Below are positions 1 to 9,540 of a stretch of 42,028 nucleotides of DNA, in pieces. Under the pieces are notes generated by a model. The model ran no database searches. It worked only from the letters and a program-made list of their open reading frames with translations, and was not told the DNA's origin. Made by a program: the position numbers and the translations under genes. Position 1 is the stretch's first letter; every line of letters starts with the position of its first letter. Origin of the DNA: Eubacteriales bacterium (lineage in GTDB: Bacteria; Bacillota; Clostridia; Oscillospirales; QAKW01); contig JAZQAQ010000219.1 of assembly GCA_045545255.1 (NCBI GenBank), forward strand, positions 1 to 42,028. Direction: 5' to 3'.

Positions 1-2
1 TG

Positions 3-521
3 GAAGACGAGGCACTGATCTATGGTGAATATGATAACGGTGCAACTGCTGTTTTCCATACAAGTACCGGAGAATACCCCGGCACCAATCGATTGGAGAT
101 CACCGGAGATCGCGGTAAAATGGTGCTCGAAAACGGAGTGCTGAAATTATGGCGTTTGCAAGAGTCGGAAAGAAAGTTTTGCTTTGAGAACGATAGATCC
201 TTTGCAAAGATTCCTATGGAATATGAGGAAATGACTTTTGCACCTACCCCAAAAGCTCACGGTCTTGTATTGCAGAATTTTGTGAATCATATTCTCTACG
301 GTGAGGATTTACTTTCAGACGGAAGAGAAGCCGTTAACGAAGTGATGCTTTGCAATAGTGCCTATTTATCTTCTTGGCTGGATGGCTGGGTTGAGTTACC
401 CTTCGATGAAGAAAAATTTGATGCCGAATTAAAAAAACGGCAGGAATTATCCCAAAAACGCGCCGTGCGCGATGTCTCTGAAAATGCAGAGTATCAAGAG
501 CGTTGGCAGGTGCGCTGGTAA
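3..521 (+). CDS. Gfo/Idh/MocA-family oxidoreductase, C-terminal fragment (5' end cut by window edge)
   Basis: Frame 3 is open from nt 3 (EDEALIYGEYDNGATAVFHTSTGEYPGTNRLEITGDRGKMVLENG...), so the track start at 93 is only an internal TTG. Stop TAA at 519-521. The sequence pattern resembles the C-terminal alpha/beta domain of Gfo/Idh/MocA dehydrogenases. Confidence 0.7.
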   Translation, partial: EDEALIYGEYDNGATAVFHTSTGEYPGTNRLEITGDRGKMVLENGVLKLWRLQESERKFCFENDRSFAKIPMEYEEMTFAPTPKAHGLVLQNFVNHILYGEDLLSDGREAVNEVMLCNSAYLSSWLDGWVELPFDEEKFDAELKKRQELSQKRAVRDVSENAEYQERWQVRW

Positions 522-526
522 ATTAA

Positions 527-560
527 ATAAAAAAGGCGGTACTGTTGTACCGCCTTTTTG
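527..560. terminator. Bidirectional intrinsic terminator between the convergent oxidoreductase and hppA genes
   Basis: Perfect stem GGCGGTAC (535-542), loop TGTT, GTACCGCC (547-554). An A-run lies upstream and TTTTTG downstream, so it reads as a terminator on both strands. Confidence 0.75.
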
Positions 561-565
561 TTCTG

Positions 566-2668
566 TTAGAAAATGCTGATGTTGACGACCAATGCTGCAA
601 ATACGATGGAGACCATAGAGAGCAACTTGATCAAAATGTTGATAGAAGGACCTGCGGTATCCTTGAAGGGATCGCCTACAGTATCACCGACAACGGCAGC
701 CTTATGCTGGGCAGAACCCTTACCGCCGTGCTCGCCGCTTTCAATATACTTTTTGGCGTTGTCCCAAGCACCGCCGGAGTTAGACATAAAGATTGCCATC
801 AGGAAGCCGGAAACAGTCGCGCCGGCGAGCATACCTACAACGCCGGAGCAGCCGAGAATCAAACCGACGCAAACGGGAACGACGATTGCAATAATAGTGG
901 GAAAAATCATTTCACGCAAGCTGGAGCGTGTACACAAGTCAACACAGGAAGCGTAATCAGGATCGTTTTTGCCTTCCATCAGTCCTGTAATTTCTTTAAA
1001 CTGACGGCGAACCTCCAATACGACGGACTGGGCAGCCTTGCCGACAGATTCCATCGTCAGTGCCGCAAAAACAAAGGGGAGACAGGCGCCGACAAAGAGA
1101 CCGATCAGTACGGTGGGATTCATCAGGCTGAGATTTGCGAGCTTTTCAGCACCGCCCTCGATGGTGTTCACCTTATCGATATAGGATGCCATCAAAGCAA
1201 GCGCAGTCAGGGCAGCAGAGCCGATCGCAAAGCCTTTTCCGGTTGCGGCGGTGGTGTTGCCCAGAGAATCAAGAGCATCGGTGCGCTGACGCACTTCGGG
1301 CTCAAGACCTGCCATTTCAGCAATACCACCTGCGTTATCGGCGACGGGACCGTAAGCGTCAGTCGCAAGGGTGATACCCAAGGTGGAAAGCATACCTACT
1401 GCAGCAAGAGCGATGCCGTAGAGACCCATATTGGCGTTTGTGTTAGTGAACCCGCCGGAAACGAAGTACGCGATGAGTACGCAGGCGGAGATGATGAGAA
1501 TGGGGAGGGCGGTGGAGAGCATTCCAAGTGAAAGACCGCCGATGATGATGGTTGCAGAACCGGTCTCGGAGTTATTGCTGAGTTTTTTTGTAGGCTTATA
1601 GGTGTCAGAGGTGAAATGTTCTGTCGCCTGACCGATCAGCACGCCGGAAATCAAACCGGCGAGGATTGCAAAGTAAAGTCCGATGTGCTCTTTGCCAAGC
1701 AAGAAGAATACCATCGGCAATGCGATGATTGCGATTAGAATAGCACTGAAATTTGTACCTCTTGCCAGCGCATTCAGCAAATTCTTCTGAGAAGCACCTT
1801 CTTTGGTGCGTACCAAAAAAGTACCGAATACAGAGCAGAGAATACCGATTGCTGCCATCAGCATCGGCAACGCCATAGCGCGGATGTTGCCGTTGAAGGC
1901 AGCCACACCCAGAGCGGATGCGGAAATGATAGAGCCGACATAGGATTCGTAAAGGTCGGCACCCATTCCTGCTACGTCGCCTACATTATCGCCGACATTA
2001 TCAGCGATAACAGCGGGGTTACGGGGATCATCCTCCGGGATGCCCGCTTCAACTTTGCCCACAAGGTCTGCACCGACGTCGGCGGCTTTAGTGAAGATGC
2101 CGCCTCCTACGCGGGCGAAGAGTGCCATTGAGGATGCACCCATACCGAAGGTGAGCATTGCGCCGGTAATAGCGGCGGGATCCAGTTTGAAAACAAACTT
2201 TAGTAAGATGAACCATATAGAAATATCCAAAAGACCGAGACCGACAACGGTGAAGCCCATAACCGATCCTGCGGAGAAAGCAACCCGCAGACCGCGGTTA
2301 AGACCTTCGCGGCAGGCGTTGGCAGTTCTGCTGTTTGCAGCGGTTGCGATCTTCATCCCAACGAAACCGGACAGTGCTGAAAAGAATCCGCCGGTAACAA
2401 AGGCGAAAGGAACGTACCAAGTCAGCAGATCAAAGGCTGCCATAATACAAAGGATGACAAACATACAAGCAAAAAAGACAGCTACAATTGTATACTGGCG
2501 TTTCAAATAAGCGTTTGCGCCTTTTCGGATCGAACCTGCGATTTTTTTCATCAGATCTGTACCTTCCGAAAAGCTCATAACCTTTTTTGCCATAATGGCG
2601 GCAAATACCAGGGCGATAACTGCCCCGATGAATGTGAAAAACACAAGACAGTTTTCTAAGTTGAACAT
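566..2668 (-). CDS. hppA: Membrane-integral pyrophosphate-energised cation pump (M-PPase), K+-dependent subtype
   Basis: 700-aa polytopic ORF with diagnostic M-PPase motifs GGIFTKAADVGADLVGKVE, DNVGDNVGDVAGMGADL and GDTVGDPFKDTAGPSINILIK. GNTTAATGKG carries Ala rather than Lys, the known K+-dependence signature. SD GAAAGGA lies 8 nt upstream of the ATG. Confidence 0.95.
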   Translation of the reverse strand: MFNLENCLVFFTFIGAVIALVFAAIMAKKVMSFSEGTDLMKKIAGSIRKGANAYLKRQYTIVAVFFACMFVILCIMAAFDLLTWYVPFAFVTGGFFSALSGFVGMKIATAANSRTANACREGLNRGLRVAFSAGSVMGFTVVGLGLLDISIWFILLKFVFKLDPAAITGAMLTFGMGASSMALFARVGGGIFTKAADVGADLVGKVEAGIPEDDPRNPAVIADNVGDNVGDVAGMGADLYESYVGSIISASALGVAAFNGNIRAMALPMLMAAIGILCSVFGTFLVRTKEGASQKNLLNALARGTNFSAILIAIIALPMVFFLLGKEHIGLYFAILAGLISGVLIGQATEHFTSDTYKPTKKLSNNSETGSATIIIGGLSLGMLSTALPILIISACVLIAYFVSGGFTNTNANMGLYGIALAAVGMLSTLGITLATDAYGPVADNAGGIAEMAGLEPEVRQRTDALDSLGNTTAATGKGFAIGSAALTALALMASYIDKVNTIEGGAEKLANLSLMNPTVLIGLFVGACLPFVFAALTMESVGKAAQSVVLEVRRQFKEITGLMEGKNDPDYASCVDLCTRSSLREMIFPTIIAIVVPVCVGLILGCSGVVGMLAGATVSGFLMAIFMSNSGGAWDNAKKYIESGEHGGKGSAQHKAAVVGDTVGDPFKDTAGPSINILIKLLSMVSIVFAALVVNISIF

Positions 2669-2702
2669 TTAAAAAATCCTTTCTTTTTTAAAATAGGTAA
2701 AT

Positions 2703-2731
2703 ATTATAACAGAAATCTTTTTGTAATACAA
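2703..2731 (-). promoter_or_regulatory. Putative sigma-A promoter of hppA (extended -10)
   Basis: Minus strand reads TTGTAT, 17 nt spacer, TATAAT, with TGt immediately upstream of the -10. It sits about 35 nt upstream of the hppA ATG. Confidence 0.5.
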
Positions 2732-2781
2732 GTTTTTTTGTATATCGAATAATTTTTTGATGATGTTATTTGAAAAAAGGA

Positions 2782-2809
2782 TTGATAAATTCTTATTTCG
2801 TGATATAAT
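2782..2809 (+). promoter_or_regulatory. Putative sigma-A promoter of pncB (extended -10)
   Basis: TTGATA (2782-2787), 16 nt spacer, TGaTATAAT (2801-2809). It is divergent from the hppA promoter. Confidence 0.5.
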
Positions 2810-2870
2810 TATACAAAAAAATCGCATAAAGGTGCGGTTTATTATCGATAGGAATCGAGGGATTTATAAA

Positions 2871-4313
2871 ATGAATTCGGAATTTGAACTTAGTTTGCTT
2901 AATGACTTTTATGAGTTCACGATGAGCAACGGTTATTATAATGAAGGGAAAGGCGAGCAAATCGTCTACTTTGATGTGTTCTTTCGCCGAGTTCCGGACC
3001 GGGGCGGATATGCGATCTGTTGCGGTCTTGATCAGGTGATTGACTATATTTCTAATTTGTCATATTCAGATGAAAGTATTGAGTTTTTACGTCAAAAAGG
3101 TATGTTTTCCGAGGGCTTTTTAGAGTACTTGAGAAACTTTAAATTTACCTGTGATGTTTACGCAGTTCCGGAGGGAACCCCTGTTTTTCCCGGCGAGCCT
3201 ATTCTAACAGTACGTGGACCTGCGATCCAGGCGCAGCTTTTGGAGACGATGATTTTGTTGACCATCAACCATCAAAGCTTGATTGCTACCAAGGCGTCCC
3301 GAATTGTGCGAGCTGCAGACGGTCGAGGCGTGAGTGAGTTTGGCGCTCGTCGTGCACACGGTACGGCTGCTTCGATTATGGGCGCGAGAGCCGCATATAT
3401 TGCGGGATGCACCGGTACATCTAACGCCCTCTGCGATAAGCTTTACGGCGTTCCCTGCAGTGGTACGATGGCGCATAGCTGGGTGCAAAGCTTTCCTACC
3501 GAATATGAAGCTTTTGAGGCATATGCAAGAAACTATCCGAATGCTTGCGTTTTACTGATCGATACCTTTAACGTATTAAAATCCGGTCTTCCCAATGCGA
3601 TCCGTTGTTTTGACGAGGTCTTGAAACCAATGGGAGCACGGCCTGTTGCGGTCCGCATAGATTCCGGTGATATTACATATTTGTCTAAGAAAATACGTAA
3701 GGTTTTAGATGATGCAGGCTATCCGGACTGCAAGATTATGGTGTCCAATTCTTTGGATGAATATATCATTCGCGATTGTATTATTCAAGGGGCAAAGATT
3801 GATTTGTTTGGCGTGGGGGAGCGGTTGATCACCTCTCGAAGCGAGTCTGTATTCGGCGGTGTTTATAAGTTAGTAGCCGTCGAAGAAGAGGACGGAAGCA
3901 TAACGCCGAAGATTAAAATCTCTGAAAACATCGAAAAAATTACGACGCCTTGCTTTAAGCAATTATATCGATTTTTCTCAAAAGAGACTGGGATGGCGAT
4001 TGCCGATCTTTTGACGATTCACGATGAAGTGATCAACGAAAACGAGCCCTATACGCTGTTTGATCCCGTCCATACCTGGAAGGAAAAGTTGGTCACAAAT
4101 TACAAGGCGGTTCCTCTTTTGAAACCGATTTTTATGAATGGTGAATTGGTTTATGAAAAGCCTTCTACCCAGGAAATTCGCACATATTGTCTGGATCAGC
4201 TTGCCTTGCTTTGGGATGAGGTGAAACGTTTTGAAAATCCTCACGAGTATTATGTGGATTATTCTCAAAAACTCTGGCAAATCAGGCACGACCTTTTGAA
4301 AAACAGAACATAA
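2871..4313 (+). CDS. pncB: Nicotinate phosphoribosyltransferase
   Basis: MNSEFELSLLNDFYEFTMSNGYY... is a typical NAPRTase N-terminus, and MAHSWVQSF and RIDSGD motifs are present. The start was moved from the track's 2757 to ATG 2871, which follows the SD GAGGGA. The upstream 38 codons are A/T-rich promoter DNA. Confidence 0.9.
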   Translation: MNSEFELSLLNDFYEFTMSNGYYNEGKGEQIVYFDVFFRRVPDRGGYAICCGLDQVIDYISNLSYSDESIEFLRQKGMFSEGFLEYLRNFKFTCDVYAVPEGTPVFPGEPILTVRGPAIQAQLLETMILLTINHQSLIATKASRIVRAADGRGVSEFGARRAHGTAASIMGARAAYIAGCTGTSNALCDKLYGVPCSGTMAHSWVQSFPTEYEAFEAYARNYPNACVLLIDTFNVLKSGLPNAIRCFDEVLKPMGARPVAVRIDSGDITYLSKKIRKVLDDAGYPDCKIMVSNSLDEYIIRDCIIQGAKIDLFGVGERLITSRSESVFGGVYKLVAVEEEDGSITPKIKISENIEKITTPCFKQLYRFFSKETGMAIADLLTIHDEVINENEPYTLFDPVHTWKEKLVTNYKAVPLLKPIFMNGELVYEKPSTQEIRTYCLDQLALLWDEVKRFENPHEYYVDYSQKLWQIRHDLLKNRT

Positions 4314-4334
4314 CGCAATTTGTTATAATAACCA

Positions 4335-4373
4335 AAAATGCCGCTGTTATTTTTTTAACGGCGGCATTTTTGG
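4335..4373 (+). terminator. Intrinsic terminator of pncB
   Basis: AAAATGCCGCTGTTA, loop TTTTTT, TAACGGCGGCATTTT (one G.U pair), followed by a T-run. Confidence 0.75.
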
Positions 4374-4466
4374 CTATTATGCACAACTAATTATGTAAAC
4401 TGTTTTTTGATTGTTCATATTTTACGAAAAAATTAGCAGTTTTTTTGTAAAATGTTAAAAAAATGA

Positions 4467-4495
4467 TTGAAATTATATATATATTGTGCTATAAT
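4467..4495 (+). promoter_or_regulatory. Near-consensus sigma-A promoter of the 4.6-16.4 kb locus
   Basis: TTGAAA (4467-4472), exactly 17 nt spacer, TGcTATAAT (4487-4495). A leader of about 120 nt follows before the SD GGAGG (4611-4615). Confidence 0.65.
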
Positions 4496-4621
4496 CATCC
4501 CGATAGTATGGATAAAAGCGTACAAATCGTTTTTGTGTAATTTGTTCGATTTGATTTGTTCAAATGCACAAAGCCTTGTTCGCCGCTTGATATACTGATC
4601 AATTTAACTTGGAGGTAGTTT

Positions 4622-7600
4622 ATGAAAGACAAGAGTGCAAGTTCTGTCCTGCGGTCTTTTCTGGCGGTCGTTATGATCTTGATCATGGCGTTTTCTATGA
4701 CCACCTTCGTCTTTGCGGATGAAGTGGTTGAAAATGATGCGACTGCTGCCGGAGATACTGCTGCCGGGGCAGAGAAGGAAGAAACTTCGACAAATAATTC
4801 CTACGGTCCTGCCGATACGGTTATTCCTGAAGGCTCTAACAATGAGACTCAGGTTTCCGTGGTTGGCTTCTATCGTAGCGGAAGATATGTCGATTATTAC
4901 ACCGAGTATCAGCAATATGATGTTGCTCTGCCTGAGATCAAGGTCGATGCAACCCAGATCGTATCTGCAACCGCTCCCAACGAGATCAAGGCATCTTATG
5001 AGGGACGCAATCAGGTTGTTGTTACGAAGGGTGCCGGATCTTTGACCTATCAGATCAATGTGAGCAAAACCGGTATGTATGCTATCTGCCTGGAGTATTT
5101 CCCGCTGCTGGGCGATGGCAACGGTAAGGATTATGAAATTGCTGTAATGGTCGATGGCAAATATCCCCATAGCGACGCTAAGCGTTTTTCTCTGAAGCGT
5201 AACTGGGCAGATGAGGAAGATGAAAGTGCGTTCGACTCGGTCGGTAATGAACTCTACTCAAAGCAGGTTGAATCTGCCAAGTGGATGACGAAAGATATTC
5301 GTGACCCCGACGGTGTGTTCGACGATGCGGTTAAGTTCTATCTGACCGAAGGTGTGCACACCATTACCATCAGTGTAAACACCGGTGTTCTCGCTCTTGA
5401 CTCTATTCGTTTCTATAATGACGGCGAGGAGATGTCCTACGCAGATTACATTGCAATGAATGATTCCAAGGGCGCAGCCGATGCGATGGAAGAGTTTGTA
5501 CTTGAAGCAGAGACCTACATCGACAAGAGCGAGTCTTTGATTCAGCCTGCATACGACCGTAGTGACCCCAAGGTTACTCCGTACAGCATCAGCAAGACCC
5601 GTCTGAATGTTTTGGGCGGTGAGAACTGGAATACCAACGGTCAGACCGTTAACTGGCAGATCGAAGTTCCCGAAGACGGTTATTATACCATCGGTGTTCG
5701 CTATCGTCAGTCTTACGTTGAGGACTCCACCTCCTTCAGAAGAATCTATATCGACGGTGAGGTTCCCTTTGAAGAGGCGAATGCAGTAGGCTTCCCCTTC
5801 GGAAGTGGTTACAACTACAAAGTCCTCGGCGATGTGGATGAGAACGGCAAAGCCTATGACTTCAAGTTCTATTTGACCAAGGGCCAGCATGACCTTTCTA
5901 TGGAAGTTGTAATCGGTGATATGGCTCGTGTCAGCCGTGAAGCCGAAGATATCGTCTATCAGCTGAACTATATCTATCGTAAGATCATTATGGTTACCGG
6001 TACCACTCCGGATACTTATCGTGACTACGAGCTTGATAAGAAGATCGCCGGTTTGATGGATATGTTTAAGTCCGTCCACGAAGATATGCTTCTCGTTGAA
6101 GAGGAAGTTATCGCTATTAACGGTAACCTTGGCTCCGCTTCCATTATCAATACTTTGAAGCTGCAGCTTCAGGACTTCATCGCCAAGCCTTACGTAATTC
6201 CCGATCGTCTTTCTACCTTTAAAGATAATATAAGTACCCTCAGTTCCTGGATGCTGGCTCTGCGTAATCAGCCTGTTCAGTTTGATAAGCTGGTCTTTGC
6301 AGGCTCCGGCATCGTACCTACCCGTCAGGTTTCGAACTTCTTTGAGAATGTCAGCCACGAGGTTCGTGCATTTATCTCCTCTTTCGTGGATGACTATACC
6401 TCCGTCGGTGCAGAGAGCTCTACCGGCCGTGATCTGACGATCTGGGTTGGTACCGGTCGTGACCAAGCGACTGTATTGAAGACCTTGACCACCAACTACT
6501 TTACTCCGGAGACAGATATTTCTGTTAATGTTGGTCTGGTACCTCTGGGTATCTTGGAGAAGGCGATTGTTGCAGGCCGCGGTCCCGATATCGCTTTGCA
6601 TATCGGTCGTGCTACTCCTATGAACCTTGGCTTCCGTAATGCTGTTTATGATCTGACTCAGTTCAGCGATTTTGAAGAGGTCACCAAGCGTTTCTCTAAA
6701 TATGCATTGGTACCTTATACCTTAAGCACCAATGACGATGCAGGCAATCCGGTTAAGAAGGTTTTTGCTTTGCCCGAGACTCAGGACTTTAAATTGATGT
6801 TCTATCGTTCCGATATCTTTGCAGAGCTGGGTATCAGCGCTCCGAACACTTGGGATGAATTGGACGATGTCCTTCCTTATATTCAGGCAAACAATATGAC
6901 GGTCGGTCTGGATCCCAATGCCAGCGGTGAGACCTTCTATACCTTGATTCTGCAGAGCGGTCATACTCCTTACAGAGAAGACGGTACCGCTACCAATTTC
7001 ACCGAGCAGTATGCGATCGATGCATTCGAAAGATGGACTCGTTACTATCTGCAGTATGATCTGCCGACTGACTATAGCTGGTACAGCCGTTTCAGAAACG
7101 GTGAGATGCCTTTGGTAATTCAGGGTTATTCCAGCATTACTTATCTGCAGGAATCTGCTCCCGAGCTGAACGGTCTTTGGAAGGTTGCTCCCGTTCCCGG
7201 TATTCTGGATAAGGAGACCGGTGTCATCAACCGCACTGACCAATCCAGCGGTATGAGCGGATGTATGATCATTGAGCGTACCATTAAAAAGGCAAAGAAT
7301 CCCGAGCAGAAGCTTCAGGACGCTTGGACCTTTATGAAGTGGTGGACCTCCGCAGACATCGCAGCAGATTACGGTAACCGTGTTGAGATGGCGATCGGTT
7401 CTGTGGCAAGATATTCTACCGCAAACCTTCAGGCCTTCGAAAAGATTAAGTGGTCCAGTGATGAGGCTGCTGTTATCAAGGCTCAGCGTGAGTGGACCCG
7501 CGAGACTCCCGAGTTGGTCGGTGGCTACTATGTAAGCCGTAATATCATCAACGCATTCCGTAATGTTGTAAACAACAGTGCGAATCCGCGTGAAAAACTT

Positions 7601-7687
7601 TTCTATTATAATAATGAGATAAACGATGAGATTTGGCGTAAGCGTTCCGAATATCATCTGTCTGTCCCGGAGGAGGCGAGAAAATAA
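4622..7687 (+). CDS. Giant extracellular solute-binding protein (1021 aa): signal peptide, two tandem beta-sandwich (CBM-like) repeats, helical linker, C-terminal ABC family-1 SBP domain
   Basis: SD GGAGG lies 6 nt upstream. The N-terminal signal peptide ends ...FVFA/DE and has no Cys. The internal repeat pairs LTYQINVSKTGMYAICLEY...VKFYLTEGVHTITISV with VNWQIEVPEDGYYTIGVRY...FKFYLTKGQHDLSMEV. The C-terminal ~420 aa (DLTIWVGTGRDQATVLKTL...) resemble LplA/YtcQ-type sugar SBPs. Confidence 0.85.
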   Translation: MKDKSASSVLRSFLAVVMILIMAFSMTTFVFADEVVENDATAAGDTAAGAEKEETSTNNSYGPADTVIPEGSNNETQVSVVGFYRSGRYVDYYTEYQQYDVALPEIKVDATQIVSATAPNEIKASYEGRNQVVVTKGAGSLTYQINVSKTGMYAICLEYFPLLGDGNGKDYEIAVMVDGKYPHSDAKRFSLKRNWADEEDESAFDSVGNELYSKQVESAKWMTKDIRDPDGVFDDAVKFYLTEGVHTITISVNTGVLALDSIRFYNDGEEMSYADYIAMNDSKGAADAMEEFVLEAETYIDKSESLIQPAYDRSDPKVTPYSISKTRLNVLGGENWNTNGQTVNWQIEVPEDGYYTIGVRYRQSYVEDSTSFRRIYIDGEVPFEEANAVGFPFGSGYNYKVLGDVDENGKAYDFKFYLTKGQHDLSMEVVIGDMARVSREAEDIVYQLNYIYRKIIMVTGTTPDTYRDYELDKKIAGLMDMFKSVHEDMLLVEEEVIAINGNLGSASIINTLKLQLQDFIAKPYVIPDRLSTFKDNISTLSSWMLALRNQPVQFDKLVFAGSGIVPTRQVSNFFENVSHEVRAFISSFVDDYTSVGAESSTGRDLTIWVGTGRDQATVLKTLTTNYFTPETDISVNVGLVPLGILEKAIVAGRGPDIALHIGRATPMNLGFRNAVYDLTQFSDFEEVTKRFSKYALVPYTLSTNDDAGNPVKKVFALPETQDFKLMFYRSDIFAELGISAPNTWDELDDVLPYIQANNMTVGLDPNASGETFYTLILQSGHTPYREDGTATNFTEQYAIDAFERWTRYYLQYDLPTDYSWYSRFRNGEMPLVIQGYSSITYLQESAPELNGLWKVAPVPGILDKETGVINRTDQSSGMSGCMIIERTIKKAKNPEQKLQDAWTFMKWWTSADIAADYGNRVEMAIGSVARYSTANLQAFEKIKWSSDEAAVIKAQREWTRETPELVGGYYVSRNIINAFRNVVNNSANPREKLFYYNNEINDEIWRKRSEYHLSVPEEARK

Positions 7688-8649
7688 TGGCTTCTGTATC
7701 CAAGCAACGTGAAATTGAATTATTAAAGAAGAAAAAGCTTTCCTTCTCCGAGCGCGCAGCTCTTACTTGGCGGTCGATGAAGGAGAATAAAATCAACTAT
7801 CTGTTGATTATGCCTTTTATGGTCTTCTTCACTTTGTTTACGATCATCCCCATTGCTGCGTCTATGGTTTTGTCTTTCACTCGCTACGACATTCTGAATA
7901 CTCCCATCTTTATCGGTTGGAATAACTATTTGAGAATGTTCTTGGAAGACAGCGTATTTTTGATCGCATTGAAGAATACCTTGAAGTTTGCAATTATTAC
8001 CGGACCGGTCAGCTACTTGCTGTGCTTTATCTTTGCATGGTTTATCAATGACCTTTCTCCGGTAGCCAGAGCGTTCTTTACCGTAGTCTTCTATGCGCCG
8101 ACGCTGGCAAATGTATACTTCATCTTCCAGTACCTCTTCAGCAGTGATATGTACGGTCTTATCAATTCTATTATGATGAATTTGGGTATGATTGATGAAC
8201 CTATCGCTTGGTTGAAGAATACGAAGTATATGCTGAATATCGTTATTATTGTTCAGCTGTGGTGCTCGCTGGGTACCAGCTTCCTGTCCTTTATCGCAGG
8301 TCTGCAGAACTTGGATCCCTCTCTTGCAGAGGCGGGTGCTATCGACGGTGTTCGTAACCGTTTCCAGGAACTCTTCTATATTACCCTTCCTCAGATGGGT
8401 GGTATGCTGATGTTCGGTGCGGTTATGCAGATTTCCTCTTCCTTCGCAGTAGGTGGTATTTCCTCCTCGTTGCTGGGTAACCCGTCTGTTGACTACGCCG
8501 GTCATACTTTGGTTCTGCATATTTCCGACTTTGGTCATACTCGGTTTGAGTTGGGTTATGCATCTGCAATCGCAGTTGTACTGTTTGCAATGATGATTTT
8601 GAGTAAGGCTTTGATCAATAAGCTGCTTGCTCGATTCTCGCACGATTAA
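7687..8649 (+). CDS. Carbohydrate ABC transporter permease (LplB/MalF-like)
   Basis: 320 aa, 6 TM, with a typical CUT1 permease N-terminus (INYLLIMPFMVFFTLFTIIP) and an EAA-loop (LAEAGAIDGVRNRFQELFYITLP). The start overlaps the upstream stop as TAATG. Confidence 0.9.
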   Translation: MASVSKQREIELLKKKKLSFSERAALTWRSMKENKINYLLIMPFMVFFTLFTIIPIAASMVLSFTRYDILNTPIFIGWNNYLRMFLEDSVFLIALKNTLKFAIITGPVSYLLCFIFAWFINDLSPVARAFFTVVFYAPTLANVYFIFQYLFSSDMYGLINSIMMNLGMIDEPIAWLKNTKYMLNIVIIVQLWCSLGTSFLSFIAGLQNLDPSLAEAGAIDGVRNRFQELFYITLPQMGGMLMFGAVMQISSSFAVGGISSSLLGNPSVDYAGHTLVLHISDFGHTRFELGYASAIAVVLFAMMILSKALINKLLARFSHD

Positions 8650-8669
8650 GAAAGGAGAGTGAACAAGAA

Positions 8670-9527
8670 ATGTCTACTAAGTTAAGAAGAACGAAAGTTT
8701 CCGTTGTCGGCGACATTACTACTTATCTTTTGCTCGCTCTCTACGCTGCATTTATGTCGTTGCCGCTGGTTTATGCGATTGTTCAGTCCATTAAGCCGTA
8801 CAACGAGCTGTTCATCTTCCCGCCCCGTTTCTTCACCAGAAACCCGACCTTGATGAGCTTTAGAAAGCTTTTTGACTTGACCTCTACCTCTTGGGTACCT
8901 TTCTCCAGATACGTATTTAATACTCTTGCTAATACGATCATTGGTACGGTCATTCATATTCTTTCCGCAGCGATGTGTGCATATCCTTTGGCAAAGAATA
9001 AGTTCCCCGGTAAAAAGACCCTCTTCACTTTGGTTGTGTGGTCTCTGCTGTTTACCGGTGGTGTTACCGAGATTCCTGTTTATCTGGTAATGTCCTATTT
9101 GGGAATCGTTGATACTTACTTTGCATATTGGTTGCCTGAAATTTCTGCAACGATGGGTGTATTCCTTTTGAAGCAGAATATGGCAGAAATCCCCAATGCA
9201 ATGATCGAAGCTGCCCGTATCGACGGCGCAGGGGACTGGAAGATCCTCTGGTCCATTGTAATGCCTTCCATCAAGCCCGCGTGGTTGACTCTCGCAATCT
9301 TCTCCTTCCAGCGTAACTGGAACGCAACCGCAGGTTCTTACATCTATACTGAAACTCTCAAGACCCTGCCTACCGCGTTGAGCCAGATTACCGCTGCAGG
9401 AAGCGTTGCCCGTGCAGGTGAGGCTTATGCTGCGTCCGTTCTGATGATGATACCGCCGATCATCTTCTTTATCTTTGCTCAGAGTAGTACGGTAAAGACG
9501 ATGGCCCACGCCGGTATCAAGGGTTAA
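8670..9527 (+). CDS. Carbohydrate ABC transporter permease (LplC/MalG-like)
   Basis: 285 aa, 6 TM, EAA-loop MIEAARIDGAGDWKILWSIVMP. SD GGAGAG lies upstream. Confidence 0.9.
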   Translation: MSTKLRRTKVSVVGDITTYLLLALYAAFMSLPLVYAIVQSIKPYNELFIFPPRFFTRNPTLMSFRKLFDLTSTSWVPFSRYVFNTLANTIIGTVIHILSAAMCAYPLAKNKFPGKKTLFTLVVWSLLFTGGVTEIPVYLVMSYLGIVDTYFAYWLPEISATMGVFLLKQNMAEIPNAMIEAARIDGAGDWKILWSIVMPSIKPAWLTLAIFSFQRNWNATAGSYIYTETLKTLPTALSQITAAGSVARAGEAYAASVLMMIPPIIFFIFAQSSTVKTMAHAGIKG

Positions 9528-9540
9528 GGAGGTGCTCGAC

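Noticed and set aside
545-1531. 328-aa plus-strand ORF (and 573-956, 1135-1374, 2040-2510) overlapping hppA
   Set aside because: These lie entirely antisense to a confidently identified M-PPase gene. The translations are Gly/Ala/Cys/Arg-rich with no recognisable domain and no SD. They are shadow ORFs.
2757-2870. 38-codon N-terminal extension of pncB in the ORF track
   Set aside because: The extension lies in A/T-rich DNA that contains the predicted promoter. ATG 2871 has an SD and gives the canonical NAPRTase N-terminus.
4540-4561. Tandem ATTTGTTC repeats considered as a mini CRISPR or repeat array
   Set aside because: There are only two 8-nt copies, and no cas genes or spacer architecture. 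It is kept only as a low-interest possible operator.
5258-6601. 447-aa minus-strand ORF inside the giant SBP gene (also 6722-7657, 4604-5170)
   Set aside because: They are antisense to a coding region with clear domain structure. The products are low-complexity with no RBS or promoter. They are shadow ORFs caused by codon bias.
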